Assembly (NCBI RefSeq): GCF_001194135.2
Contig: NC_068981.1
Coordinates: 58,604,508 to 58,668,507, forward strand
Length of the DNA: 64,000 bases
Source: Octopus bimaculoides
Taxonomy: Eukaryota
Reading direction: 5' to 3'
Positions within the stretch are counted from its first letter, which is position 1, and the number at the start of each line of letters is the position of its first letter. The notes below the pieces were generated by a model. It searched no databases and was not told the DNA's origin. It saw only the letters and a program-made list of their open reading frames with translations. Positions 39,543-53,300 of this stretch are shown one piece after another. The translations under genes were made by a program, and so were the position numbers.

Positions 39543-42500
39543 TTATTATTATTAACAGTTGTGTGGAGAAAGAATGGATTCTGAACTATATAAACTGTGG
39601 AAGTTGAATTTAGTCATATGCTTAGGATTGATCTTTTGAGGAAAATATATCTTTAAACTAGAAAAATTGGATTTTTGGCTTAAAGACAAATTATTATTCT
39701 ATTATTGATAAAATGATGACATAAATTTAAATAAATATTTGAAAAAGAGTTAATATAGTTCTCTTAACCTGTGTCGGTTAGCACGGCTAAGCACACGCAT
39801 ACCATAAAAATTCCATATACAGTTGACAGCATAGTAATCTGGGACAATTTGATTTTCTTTATCAAAACTATTCTTGCTTGGTAGGTGAACCAAAGATACA
39901 GTGCCTTGGGTATCTTCAACTAAGACAGACCAACTGAAATAATCAAATTTTAAATATTAATTTTAATTATTAGATGGCTATTTAAAAGGTTATTTTAATA
40001 AAGTTTAGTCATCTTGGTTTCAGTTAACAAATCCTTATCAATATAAAAGAGAATATCTGATTCCTTATATTTATGTAAATTTGATTGAATACTCCTCAAA
40101 ATGTAACCACAGAGTTTTCTTCTTATGTTACATGAAACTGTGTCATAAACCTCTCAAAATATTTCAATTAGTTTAACAATCTACATATTTTTTCAAAGAA
40201 CCCAACTTTATCCTGGTTGCAATATATATTCATTATTCATACAGAAGTTTTGAAGATAAGTTGTTTTTTTATAGCAACTATACAATTTATGAATAACCCA
40301 TCAACAAACCATGTTAAAACTTCTTGTTGGCTATCATCATCCAAGGATTCTTCATAGTTTTTGAACAAAAACACACGTAATATAGTTGCCTGAAAACACA
40401 TGCCATATTGAGGAAGATTTGGGTTTCCCTGAATGCTATCCAAAATTGTATTGTTACTATCAATATGTATTCTCTTAGAAGGTATTGTGACTGTAGTTAA
40501 AGTCGACTCTGAAGTAGGTATCTCTTTGGTAGACAGAGGTTGAGAATTAGATGCCTGCAATGGAAGTATATAAGGAAAAAATGTAAGAAATTGTGAGGAA
40601 TATTCCAGCAGAAATCATAATATATTTTTATCTTGTTTTGACATGTTTTTTTTTTTGTTTAGTGTAATATTTCAATAGCATATGAATCAAAGGAAACTGA
40701 CTGTACTTCCTTTTTTCTCACTTGTTTAAAATAGCACTAAGATTAGAATTGTAATGTAGGGTATAAAATTTCAATATTATTATTATTTGTAACAAGGCTT
40801 CAGTCAAAGCACTTGACATGTGTTTCCTAAAGAAATAATGTTGTTGATCAAACAATTATTAAGTTAGTCATATGATGTTAGAAAAACTAAATATGTAGTT
40901 TAAAGATTTATATAATGCAATGTTTTAGGGTAAATATTGAAAACCATCATTACTGCTACTTTACTCCAAGTAAATTATTAGAAGAAAATCTACAATCAAC
41001 TTTAATTATTTACAGGTATGAAAGCTGAGTAGTTAAAATGAAAATGTATTATTCTCAGACTATGTATAAAAAAAGTCTTCTGTTTAATGTGCTCTGTCCA
41101 ATGAAAAAAGGTACATAACTTCTCTTCAGTTTGCTTTTAAAAATATGACCCAGTTGATTGAGGGGCATCAGTATATGTATCCAATAATCTTACAGTTGTA
41201 GATTATTGCTAGTATGAAAAAACATTAAACAATTCAAACTGAAAATAATACAACTAACTTAATATAGATAACTGCTGTCAAATAAAAGGATGTTCAACGA
41301 AGATATCAACAGTGTAAGAAGTGAAATATTTGCCAGCATCTTCCTTATGTACTGCTACTAGGAAAGCATATATATTACAAACTACTGGCTTAGGAACTTC
41401 AAACTGAATAATTTCGGTAGCCTATCCCACATCAATAATATGTGGAGGGATGAGCTACATAGGCTTGATTTGCTATGTGTAAATTAATCAATGAAGAAAT
41501 CTGTGAACAACAGATAATGTGTAAACAAAATTATTAATTACTTACAAAAAGTGTAGGACACTTAGTTAGGCTGGGACAAGCATGTGCAGGACATTGTTTC
41601 AAAGAACCAGCTGTCACAATTAAATAGAAACAATATTTTAATAGGTAACAATGGAAGTTTAATCAAAGAGAGTTTTAGAGAAGAAAATATAAGTAATATT
41701 TCAGTAACTCAAGTAAATCAACTATAGAAAAGATGCAGTATATTCCGTTTAACACCATTTTCATTTTATTTCAACATAGACAAGATGTCTTAAAAATATT
41801 TCTTATGTAAATATAAATAGATAGTTGAATACATAGATTTCAGCAATAACTACAACAGTGTATATTGATATAACAATGTGCTTATTGTATAGTGCTCAGG
41901 TGCACTACAAAATATATTACACGTGGGTCAGAAAGCAGACAACAGTGAAGGCTAACAGTACATGCACAGTATACAGAATAAACCACAAAAGATAGAAACA
42001 TGAACATTAAAAGAGTCATAAAAAGTGTATAAATACAGCAAGAGTAGTGTTGATAAATTTCAAGAGACATGGAATTTTTGAAGAATGCAGTGTCCTGACA
42101 ACTGACAACTGATGAAGTAGTTTATCATGAAGTTTATTCCATACTTTAGCAATTCTGAATGTGAAAAAAATGTTTCTGAAAGTCATTGGTACTGCACTAT
42201 GATTTGATTTTATAAGCATGTCCATGCATGGTAGAGATACTGGATTAAAAAAGGTGTCCCAATTTTTTTTTAAAGATAGTGGATAAGCTTGTTGGCTTCT
42301 ACTAAGCCTGCTGCTAGATGCGCAGAGAAGCAATGCATTCAAGGTATGATGACTGAAAGAAAGTATTCATCTAGTTGCACATCTCTGGACAGCTTCCAAT
42401 AAATTGATTTTCTGGGCAAGATAGGGATTCCAGACTGGAGATGCAAACCATATACAGCTTACATGCTCTGATGGTTAAGGAATTAAAGCTATTGGATATT

Positions 42501-45500
42501 AAATAGAATTCCCAGTATATACAAATGATGATCTTAGACATCTCATGTAAATGGATAATCTACATTCTCAATATCATTAACATCATTTCACTGTCAGGTC
42601 ATCATCATCATTAACATTTTAGGAATCGTCGTCATCATCATCATCATCATCACCACCACCATCTTCAGCTTTAGTTTTAATTAATCATGTTATATCATAC
42701 TGTGCACCCAGTGTGAACTATGGATGCACAAGAGATGTAGTAGGGGTGCAGGTAGGTTGACACTGGAAGAAGACCTTATATATAGCAGATGCATAGGAAT
42801 AAGTTAGCATAAGACACCAGTAAAATAAATTTTCTCAAATGCTTCTAAGGCTCTGTAGTAGTCCATAGCTTTTCTTATCTAGGTGACATTAGTGGCAGAG
42901 GTAGGTACTTTGAAAGCGTTGTAGCTAAGGAAACTATTACCTTTGCTGGCTACAAAAGGATTCCTTCTTTGAATAAGAAATACATTTCAAGATGTTTATG
43001 TATGCATGCGTTTGTATATGCATATATGTGTGTATCTAGTTTATTTACATCTGCACTCACTTATTTGAAAGTTACAATATTCAAATAGTGTTACTGTTAG
43101 CACTTCTCCTGTTAGTAACTTGTCCGCCCACTTTGGGCCTGCAAAGCTGTGTGGACTGAGAGATTCTTTACTTAAAAAACAGGTAACAGTTAGTGTCAAG
43201 ATGGGCATTCAGCTGAAAAGCAATGTCACAATAACATATTTGTCTAACCTTGTTTAGCACAGAAAATGCATGTAACAATGAATGAAGGAATAGTAAACTA
43301 TCTTATTCAAGTTCCTCATTAAATGCAAAGATAGCTAAATATTTCAAAGGAATATATTATTACTAGTTATTGAAAGAAACATATCTCACGTTACATACAT
43401 GAAGAACAAGGGCAATTCCAAGTCAAAGCCCAATGAACTTGTTGTTGGTCAACATGGATTGGATCAGTTTGAACTATGCTGGTTCTTTCAAGTGGTACCT
43501 CAAGTTTGTGGCAGTAGTTAGTACACAACAAAACTTTGCTGCAGTCAGCTCTTAAACTTAGTTCCTGCCTATCAAAATAAAAACCAAAGAGAAAAAGAAA
43601 TTAGATAATATAGATGAATTGATGAGTTTATAAATTTTCAGTCTATTAACCTCATCCTTAAAAAAAAATCATTTTTAGTATTTACATCTATACTGTTTCA
43701 ATTGGAGATCAATATGATTGAAAAACAGTGTAGATCTAAATACATAATCAGAACAATGGAAAGCTTCAGTATTTCTCAATATTGTCTCATAATAGGACAA
43801 ATATTATGCAGATATTTTAAATATTCTAAAACTTTTATCTCAAACTTATAATACATTCACTATCTTCCAGAAGACTTAATAAAAAACAATGTTTATTTAA
43901 TGGATGTCCTAAACTGACTAGTGGGTTGACAGGAAAAGATTCAGTCCATTTGCTTAGGCTATTCCATATTTTCAGCTCAAATTCTGTCATTCATCTTTTG
44001 ATAGTTGATGAAATAAGTATCAGTAATACATTGATTGAATTAACTATATATCTCTCCTACAAAAATTGGCTATATGTTATGCAAGAATTAATAAGATTGA
44101 ATCAATGATAAAATCTTAATGATAACTCAGAACTGTTTTTTTATAGATATCATATCCCAATAAATATATTAAAAAATGACATGCAAGCATGGGTGTATAA
44201 AAGGTGCAGTGAAATCACAAGCAAGCTGACAAAGAAGGACTTTATGTACAATAGGTTTACAAGAGTGGTTAGCAGTTAGAATACCCAAGAAATGAATTCT
44301 TTCAAATTCTCAGAAGGCTCAGTAGAAGTAGGTAATAGTTTCTGTTACCTAAATCACTTGATTAGTAATGGAGGTTAGTACTTCAAAAGCAAGGCAGCTA
44401 ACATTAGAAAGGGGTGAAAACAATTCAAGGAGCTATGAAGTCTGCTAACAACAAAAGTATTATTTCTAAGCAAATGGCAGATTGTATGATTCTAGTGTAT
44501 GAAGTGCAATGTTGCATGGTAAAATAATTGAATGAGAAGAATATGTAAAGGCTGGAAAGAAATTAGACAAGCATGCTCCATTGGATATGTAATGCTAGTG
44601 TGTATGAATAGCAGAATACAAATGAGCTGAGAGGAAAAACTAGACATAGGAGCTATCATATCTAGTTGCAACAGACAGCTTGGCTTGTAAGATCATATGA
44701 TAGGTAAAAAGAATAACAGTTGGATAAAGAAGTGTCAAATGACACAAGTTGAAAGAACCTGTGGAAAGGAAGACCAAGGAAGGCAGAAAGAATGCTAAGC
44801 CTCATAAATAGGATGACTGACAAAAGAGTACAAGTATTGAAGAAGACCTGTTGAACTCATACATCCATGGTGAATTTCTATCATAATCATTATCATCATC
44901 AATTTTATTTTCACTTTTCATGTTGGCATGGGTTGGATGACTTGTCATGATCTGAATCAAATCTTATTCACTCTTCAAGATGGATCAGAAGATCGTTTCT
45001 AATCCAAAACTGTCTATTTTTGAAATGGTTTCTATAGCAAGATACTATTCAGAACCCCAACTACTTTTCAGAATGTATTAGGTGCATTCTATTGTAACAC
45101 CAGTGCTATAGAGGCAATCATGTCTTTGGACAGACTAAAAGACCTCATTCATTTGCTAATCACTTTGCAGGGTGCATTTTATTGTGGTATGAGAACTCTT
45201 GAGATTGTATTGTGTGCTGTAAGGCTAAAGAATCATCAATACACTATGATGTCTGCACTTGGCAAGATAACATGACTGAGAGAGTGAACAAAAGAGAGAA
45301 GGGGAGCAAGAGTATAATGGAGGAAAACAGTGATTGGTGTGAGATGATGGTGGAAGAGGGAATAATGGAAGTGATACAGCAAAAGTATGATAAGAGAGTA
45401 CAAAATGACCATTCAGTGGATTGCAAAGAGGGTACATGGGGGTGGGGTAGCCATATGGGTGACAGAGATTAGAGATAGAAAGATGAGAGGATATCAAATA

Positions 45501-48500
45501 GCATGATGGGAGAAACAAAGTTTGAACAGGGAGATTAGTGATCATCATAATCATCATCATCATCATCGTTTAACGTCCGCTTTCCATGCTAGCATGGGTT
45601 GGACGATTTGACTGAAGACTGGTGAACCAGGTGGCTACATCAGGCTCCAATCTGATTTGGCAGGGTTTCTACAGCTGGATACCCTTCCTAACGCCAACCA
45701 CTCCGAGAGTGTAGTGGGTGCTTTTACGTGCCACCGGCACGAAGGCCAGTCAGGCGGTAAGTGAGATGAAAGGATATTAGAACACAATAGGTGAAATAAA
45801 GTGATGATATAGTGGATAAGAAAGAGGGTGAGTGAGGAGAGGATGAATAACAAAGAGATAAGGCAGAGATGAGAAGATATCAAAGAGAAGACGGAGGATT
45901 AACAGGGAATTTATTGAGCAATAGGCAGAAATGCAAGGGACATAAGATGGAGTCTTAACAGGGTATATTGGGCAACAGGCTCAAATATAGATATATATCT
46001 TTCAGCCGCCATCATTACCATTATTTTAACATTTATTACACCATGTGTAATACAAGCAAATGGGTTTTCTCTAACACTGCATGTTGCTAATTAATGTGAT
46101 CCTTTGAATGATAAGCCTCTTTTGTGAGGCTCATCATCCAAAGATCAGTCTTCTAGCACAACAACACCAGAGGAGGGAAAGAGAAGGGGAGGAGGAGGAG
46201 GAGGCAGTGACAATGAGGAAGCAAATACAAATAACAGATAAATAAAATAACTTACCAAGGTGGATATATTTGGACAAGTGATCCAACAGAGAGTTTCAAA
46301 TCATTTGCTTTATTATAGCTAAACAATACTGTGCAATGGCTGTTATTTGAGTTTGGTATCCACTCTTTTTTCTCAGAATAGGTTCCTGGAACACACATGG
46401 CATTAACTATACCATACTGGTGAGTTATTTTCTCTATAGATACTGTTAGCATTTCAGAACAACCTATTCAATAGAAGAAACAAGAATATTTTCTGCAATA
46501 AATAAACCAAATAATGTTGATAGTCATAAAGTAACAAATGTGTGAAAAGGTAAAAAATTTCAAAGACAAGTATATAAAATACATTTTTATTACAGGAAAA
46601 TAAAAATAACTTATAACTAAGCATGTTTTGCTTCCTTCACTATGTCTTAGATTAAATAAAGTTAATTTCTTCCTTCTAAAAATCACTCACATGATGACTA
46701 TCAGTTATATTATAGATACCAAAAATTTACTAAGTGTACCATAACAATTTTCTACTAACTTGATGCATATGGCATATATTAACCATTCAATGAGCCAATA
46801 GGGTAGCTTTACACAGTTACTCATTCTACTAGAAATAGCAACCAAATTGCCTTCCAATCACACTCAAGTATTTTAACCCTTTAACAGCAAAATTAAATTT
46901 CAAGGTTATTCCAGTAATAATGTTAAATACCTAAACCCCCCCACACACACACACACACACCACTCCCAAAAATATATAGCATTGGTATTTTCTACAAGTC
47001 ACATTGTCTCAATAAACTCGACAATATCTCAATAGAAAATAGTTTCAAATATGACATTCCTCAACAAAAGCCAGACTGGTACATAAAACTGCTTTGTACA
47101 GTTAAGGGTAATGAAATTTGAGTGGGTGTATCTGCTTTCTGTAGTAAAATAGATATTGTCTACTGTATTACATACACTGAAAAAAAGATAGATAGCCATG
47201 GCTGAGATAACTTTGATCCTAGGCCTGTTCTACTGACTGACACAGAGGCTAAACAATAACAACTAATCATTTATATTGTTCAAAAAGAAAAAAAATCCAT
47301 TTGTGCCATCCAAAAGATTCATGGAAGACCAATTAAATGTTTCCCAACATCAATGAATCTAAAAGCAACCTAAAAAATTATGCCTGCTCTAGCACTGCAA
47401 AATACCACAAAACTAAAGCAGTGAAAATTGTGAACTAGAAAATAGTACATATTCTTAAAAATATATCCATTATTTCCTTCTTTAGCAGCTTTTAAATCAG
47501 TATCAATATAGCAAAATACTTCACCCAGCCCAACAAATATTTTTAACATGAGGTAAAGAGAAACATAGTGAAATAAATAAATACCACTCAATTTGCTATT
47601 CTGTTGGTAGTACCTAATATTAGAATCTACTCTTGATCGAGCTTGGAAACGTAACAATTTAGCTGCAAGACCATTACTGAAATTTAAAAGTAACACAAAG
47701 GAAGAAAATTATAAATGGATTAATAATGGAAGAAAATAAAGAAATGAAGAGCTACTCAGAAATTTCTGACTGAAGTAGATTTCATTTGTTAAAGTAAATA
47801 CTTTCTAAGTCCAAAATAATATACATTTAACATTTAATAATTTCACAATGATACAGTGCTCTGAAGCATCTAACAAGCCAACAAGAGATTCTTTACATCA
47901 GGCCTGGCCAATTCAAATTACGTTGCAGGCCACTTTAATCACAGAAAGGTTTTTGAGGGCTACTTGTATACTTCCCTATCATGTATGAAGACTTAATTGA
48001 CTGAAATAAATCCAACTTGTTATAAATAGATCCTACTGATTCAGTGTAAACTGTTTACTTCTAGATCAGTATCTTAAATCTTTTATTTGTTTCAGTAAAT
48101 CAACTGTGGCCACAAAATTTTGTTTGCTTCAGTGTACCTTACACAAAAAAATTTTCAATCTCATCTCATCAATCTGAAATTAGCAGTTAAAAAAATTACT
48201 CAGCTCCAACAATAGGCAAATATACAAATTTATCAAAGCCATTTTATTTATATGACAGTATCAGAAAATGGATATAAACATTGAGAAGAGAAATAAATAA
48301 GTATGTTATTTACCAAAAGTTAGAATAACTTTTGTTAATGGTTTAAATCCTATTTGCTGTATTCAGTGCAGTAATCTAGAGCTCAGAACAAATTAAGTGA
48401 ATCAATTTGTCTTTTCTCAATCAAGATTTACTCAACATAGAAAACTAACTCAAAGTATCCACATAATAGAAAAAGGTAGTTGCATAACACTAACCTGATA

Positions 48501-50318
48501 TATTTACGCTTCTTTTTTGCTGAATTATGCTCTGATATTTCTGGTTGAATCTTAGTGGGTTCAGAAACCTCTCCTTGATTTTTCATAGGAGTAGATACTT
48601 CTATAATTTCAACCCAATTACTAGCCTTTTTGCGTATCTCAGTCTGGGAATTTTGAGTAGATGAGCTCCAAGAAGATATTCCAATTTCAGGAGAGATATC
48701 AGAATTCGTTGTCTGAAAAAAAAATATATGTGCGTGCATATGAGCATATGTTTATATATGTAAGTACATATATGTTTATGAAAAAGGGTCAAGAGTAAAG
48801 ACTCCCTTCAGTCATGAATGACCATGGGATTGCACCTAGAAATTCCTCTCTACAGCACAAGTCCAGGCAAGATTATTTATGGAAGACCAGCAGTCACCTA
48901 TGCATAAGATGAAGTAGTGCATCAAGCATGTGAAAGTTGTGCTGCTTGAAAGATGAAATGATTCAGAAATGAAATGAAAGGGACTAAGTTGTACAGCAAA
49001 CTCACAGAAACCATGTCAGAATGGAAAAATGGATATTAAATGAAAGATTATGATAACGATTGTTGTGATGATGATGATGATGATGATGATGATGTTGATG
49101 GCTTGGTAGTAATATCAGTGGCGATGATAATAAAAGTGACAATAATAAAATTTGACCATTCTAATTAAAATTTAGCACATTAGTTAAAAAAACTTACATT
49201 TTTCTTTTTAGAAGGAGGTGGTGATAATTCTTCAATGGAATTGATTTCTTCATCTGAAGGAAAATCTTCAATAGCGACACCACTCTAGAAATATGGATAT
49301 AAATGAGAATATAGAGTAAGAACAAGGCAATATCATAAAAAACTAAACTAGAACACAAAAGAGGTAAGTTTACTGACCCAAACACCCAGTTAAAAATCAC
49401 CAGCTTTAGCAAAATTTACTTTGCTATCAACAGAGAAGCTAAATGCTTGATATATTATCGACCCACATCTTTCCAGCAAATATTGAGGTTGGACATTCAA
49501 GCTTCAACCTTTCCAGTTTGAAGAGGGCTTTCAAAGTTCAATGAGCATTACAAGTTCTGACAAACTTGTAAAAAGAAAGTTGGACAATTTTCAGTAAATC
49601 AATTGAATGACCTGATTTGAAAGGTAGAACTTTAATATTTTATACATTTTGTAATAAATGTCATAAGAAACAATTCAAGAATAAATAATGTCTGTATCTG
49701 TGCATGTGTATGTGTGTGACTTGGCATAGAGTAGATATGAGTTAAAATCACATTAGGTTAAACTTAGTCTTAATATATTTTGGGTAGATACAGCCCCACC
49801 AATATACTGAAATAAACAATCAAATTTATAAAGGATGCAAGTGACTTAACTATTGTTTTATGTCAGAAGTTAAAAGAAACAAGTGAATATCAACTGTTTA
49901 GACAAGTCAATTTCTTTTTACTTCTTATATAAATAAAACAAATATTCATAATTACTTGGTATTGAAAATTGCTTGTATTAGTTGTTGACACAGTTTTAAT
50001 ATGGCTTTCTTCTTTCTGTTTCTCTTGTTGATCTACTAAACTGGTAACTGAGATTTCATTACTGGGCAATTTACTACTTTCATAATCTTCTTTCTTTATT
50101 CCAAAATTACAAATCAGGTTCCTTTGTACAGTTTTTCTGATTTTCTCGTGTTTGACACTAACAAGAGAATTACAAAATGCAATTGAAAATACATGACAAA
50201 GTTTACTTTGAGCAAGGAGAAAGCTTCTGCATGGATGCTCAACCTGTTAGATAGAGTTTGAAAATGTCCTCAATTCACAGCCACACCTTAAATCAAGAAA
50301 TATATGTGTGTGTGTGTG

Positions 50319-50354
<36 letters not shown>

Positions 50355-53300
50355 CACAGACATGCAGGATGTAAATAGACACCTTTAATTTTCAAAATCT
50401 TTTATTTAATACACAAAGCGAACAATTAAAATGTAATGTCTATAATTCAACTGGATGTTACTTTAACATGTATGCAAAGTTTCGTCGAGATTGGTTCACT
50501 GGTGTAGGCAGCAAGATGGTAACAGACAGACGGATAGACAGATCAGACAGAAATTACCATTTATGTATTATATATCATCATCATCATATTGCATCCAGTT
50601 TCCATGGAGACAGGGGTTGGATGCTTTGACCAGATCCAGCAAACTGTAGGGCTGTGCCAAGCTCCAGTATCAGCGTTAACATGTTTTCTACACCTGGATA
50701 CCCTTCCTAGCTCAATCATATTACTATGTGTACTGGGTGATTTTTTTCATGCCACTGGCACTTGTGAGGTTTGACAATTAAGGTGCAAGAGAGAAAAGAA
50801 CAGGAAAGAGGAAAAAATCCCACCACCATCATCCTTATGCTTTGGCAGCTTACCTTGTTGCTTATCTTTACAAATGAATTACAAAAAGTAAGAGAATGAC
50901 AGTTATGAATAAATTAGTACTCTTACTTGGCTTGATCATTAATATTAGTGGGCCAGCAGAAGTTAGATGATGTTTTACCAGTCAATTTTGGCAGTTTTTC
51001 TTTTGTTTTTGTTAAACGTTTGGATGAAGGTATTAATTCACAATTTGATTCTTCATCACTGGAACTCCATATTATATCCTCTTGATTTAATTCTGAAATA
51101 CGATGTTTTATTCATTTTACTAAATATGGCATTATTAAGTAAGCTTATTAAACTGAGCACAAAAATTAAATATATTTACTCAAAACAGGTGTATAACTTG
51201 ATAGCAGACATAATTAACACCAGTTTCAGACAAAACAAAAATAGGCCCATTGACAGGACATTCTATATTATAGTAGCAGTCTGCCATGCTTGTGCTAAGT
51301 GAATAACAAATTATCTTACGGATTTAAATTAGTATAGAAAAATAATAGTAGAAATTATAGCATATAATTTAAGGAAACAGAATGGCAGGTACCGTGTAGT
51401 CTTATAAAAAAATGCAATTATCTGATAAATAACTGATATATGGCACAAGACCCTTCAATAGGTCTATTTCTCCTTTCTGTCTAAAGTGGAGCCAATAATA
51501 TCAAATACATTAACATTGTGGTTAATTCATAAGCTGCTGAACTTGTAGACTATATAGATCTTTAAAATAACACAGTACAAACCAATGATGAAACTTCTGT
51601 GCTATTACTCAAACTGCTACGAATAGCAGCTATCCACCCATTAAATTCACCATCTTGAAAAATGAAGAACACACTTGATAATGTAGTTCTAGAAACACTA
51701 AGTCTGGAAAAAAGACAGGATGGTCACAGCTGGATCTACTTTGATCATAGGTCTGCTTAAAAAGTGAAGATCTAGGACAAGCAACAGTAACAAATAGTTG
51801 TGTCTGTTCACAACATCTTTCATAGTAATCAAAATGTGACTGGATTTCATGTCCTAACAAACAGAATTGAGAGAGAAAGAGTGAGATTAGTATGTGTGTA
51901 ATCTTAGTCTAAAATAACTGAGCAGTCAGTTCTTTTTTTTACATAAATTAGGTAAGAAACTACATATATATTAATACACACACACATAAATACATACATA
52001 TACACACACAAACATACCTTCATACAAACATACATAACTATATAAACATATGCAAATAAATAAATACATACATGACATAAATATACTGACAAATATAACT
52101 ATGCACATACATACACACTTAGATAACTATATTTACATACATTCACACACACATATATTTATATGGTGAAAGTCAACTCTTGCCACTGCTTAACTGACGG
52201 CCATTCTTAAAGAGCAGAGCAATGGAAAATGCTGTCATCTGGGTGACACGAACCAAGAAACTACAGTTTTTCACTATTAAGCTAATGATGATTACTTATC
52301 AAAGATCTATTATCTGTTTGTGGTTCTTATGCATGAAATCAATAACAGTGAATGCATGGTGCACAGAACTACATTCACTTTCCAGAGAGAACAGCTTTCC
52401 TCCCAATGGCCCAAGATTGATTAAGATGGCCAGAAACAATGATTATTAGGTTTTGCATCAGTTTTCTTCAATTACACAGATATTTTGATAAGAACTAGTG
52501 CTCTGCTACTCTTAAAGGGTCTTATTGCATACTCATCCATCATCTTGCGTATTTCTGTGTCACTGTGCACTTTTACTAGATAGTCATTAACCCTATTTCA
52601 TCCATCTTTCCAACAGGTCATATTCCATCCTGCCTAGATTCTAGCAATCCTCCATGCTCGGATATGTGAAGCACCAGTTTAGTTGTCAGTGACCCAACCA
52701 CGTCACAGGCTTGTATTGGAAATCAAGACTTGCAATTTTTATAAATCATGTAGATATGGAGAAAAAGGAAATTAAACTGGTGAGGATTATGATTACATTG
52801 ATATGATGTTAGCAGTAATCAACTGCTTTAACAAATTATATGACTTACCTATACTTTCTTCAAAATCTTTATGTTCAGAATTCAAAGAAACATTCTGTGC
52901 TTTTTTCTTTTTTCTGCTGTGTTTAAAAGTAGTCAAGTGAGCAAAATCATCTCCACATCGTTGCCAGTCTTTTTCACTATGGCAACCTTTTTGCAGCATA
53001 CTAATGTTTTTTGAGTCAGATTTTTTAGGAGATGAATCATCTTCAATATCAAAGTCCTCATCAGAACTTTCCTGCAAAATGGGACAATGAAATCATATTA
53101 AATTTATTATTTAATATATATATTAGTTGTTATTCAAAAGTTATTTTTAAATGAATATTTTTACCGAAGTTAGTATTGCTGTCATATATATTTTTTAAAT
53201 GATCAGAGTTGCAGCATTCCATCATCTAATGGATTAACATTATTTGTTTGTAATGTATCTTTTATTCATGCAGTGGAAACCTAAGCAAAGTATAGGATAG

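Noticed and set aside
51630-51860. 76-aa minus-strand ORF
   Set aside because: Overlaps a dispersed repeat also seen near 27690 and 47190; not needed in the SPIDR phase chain.
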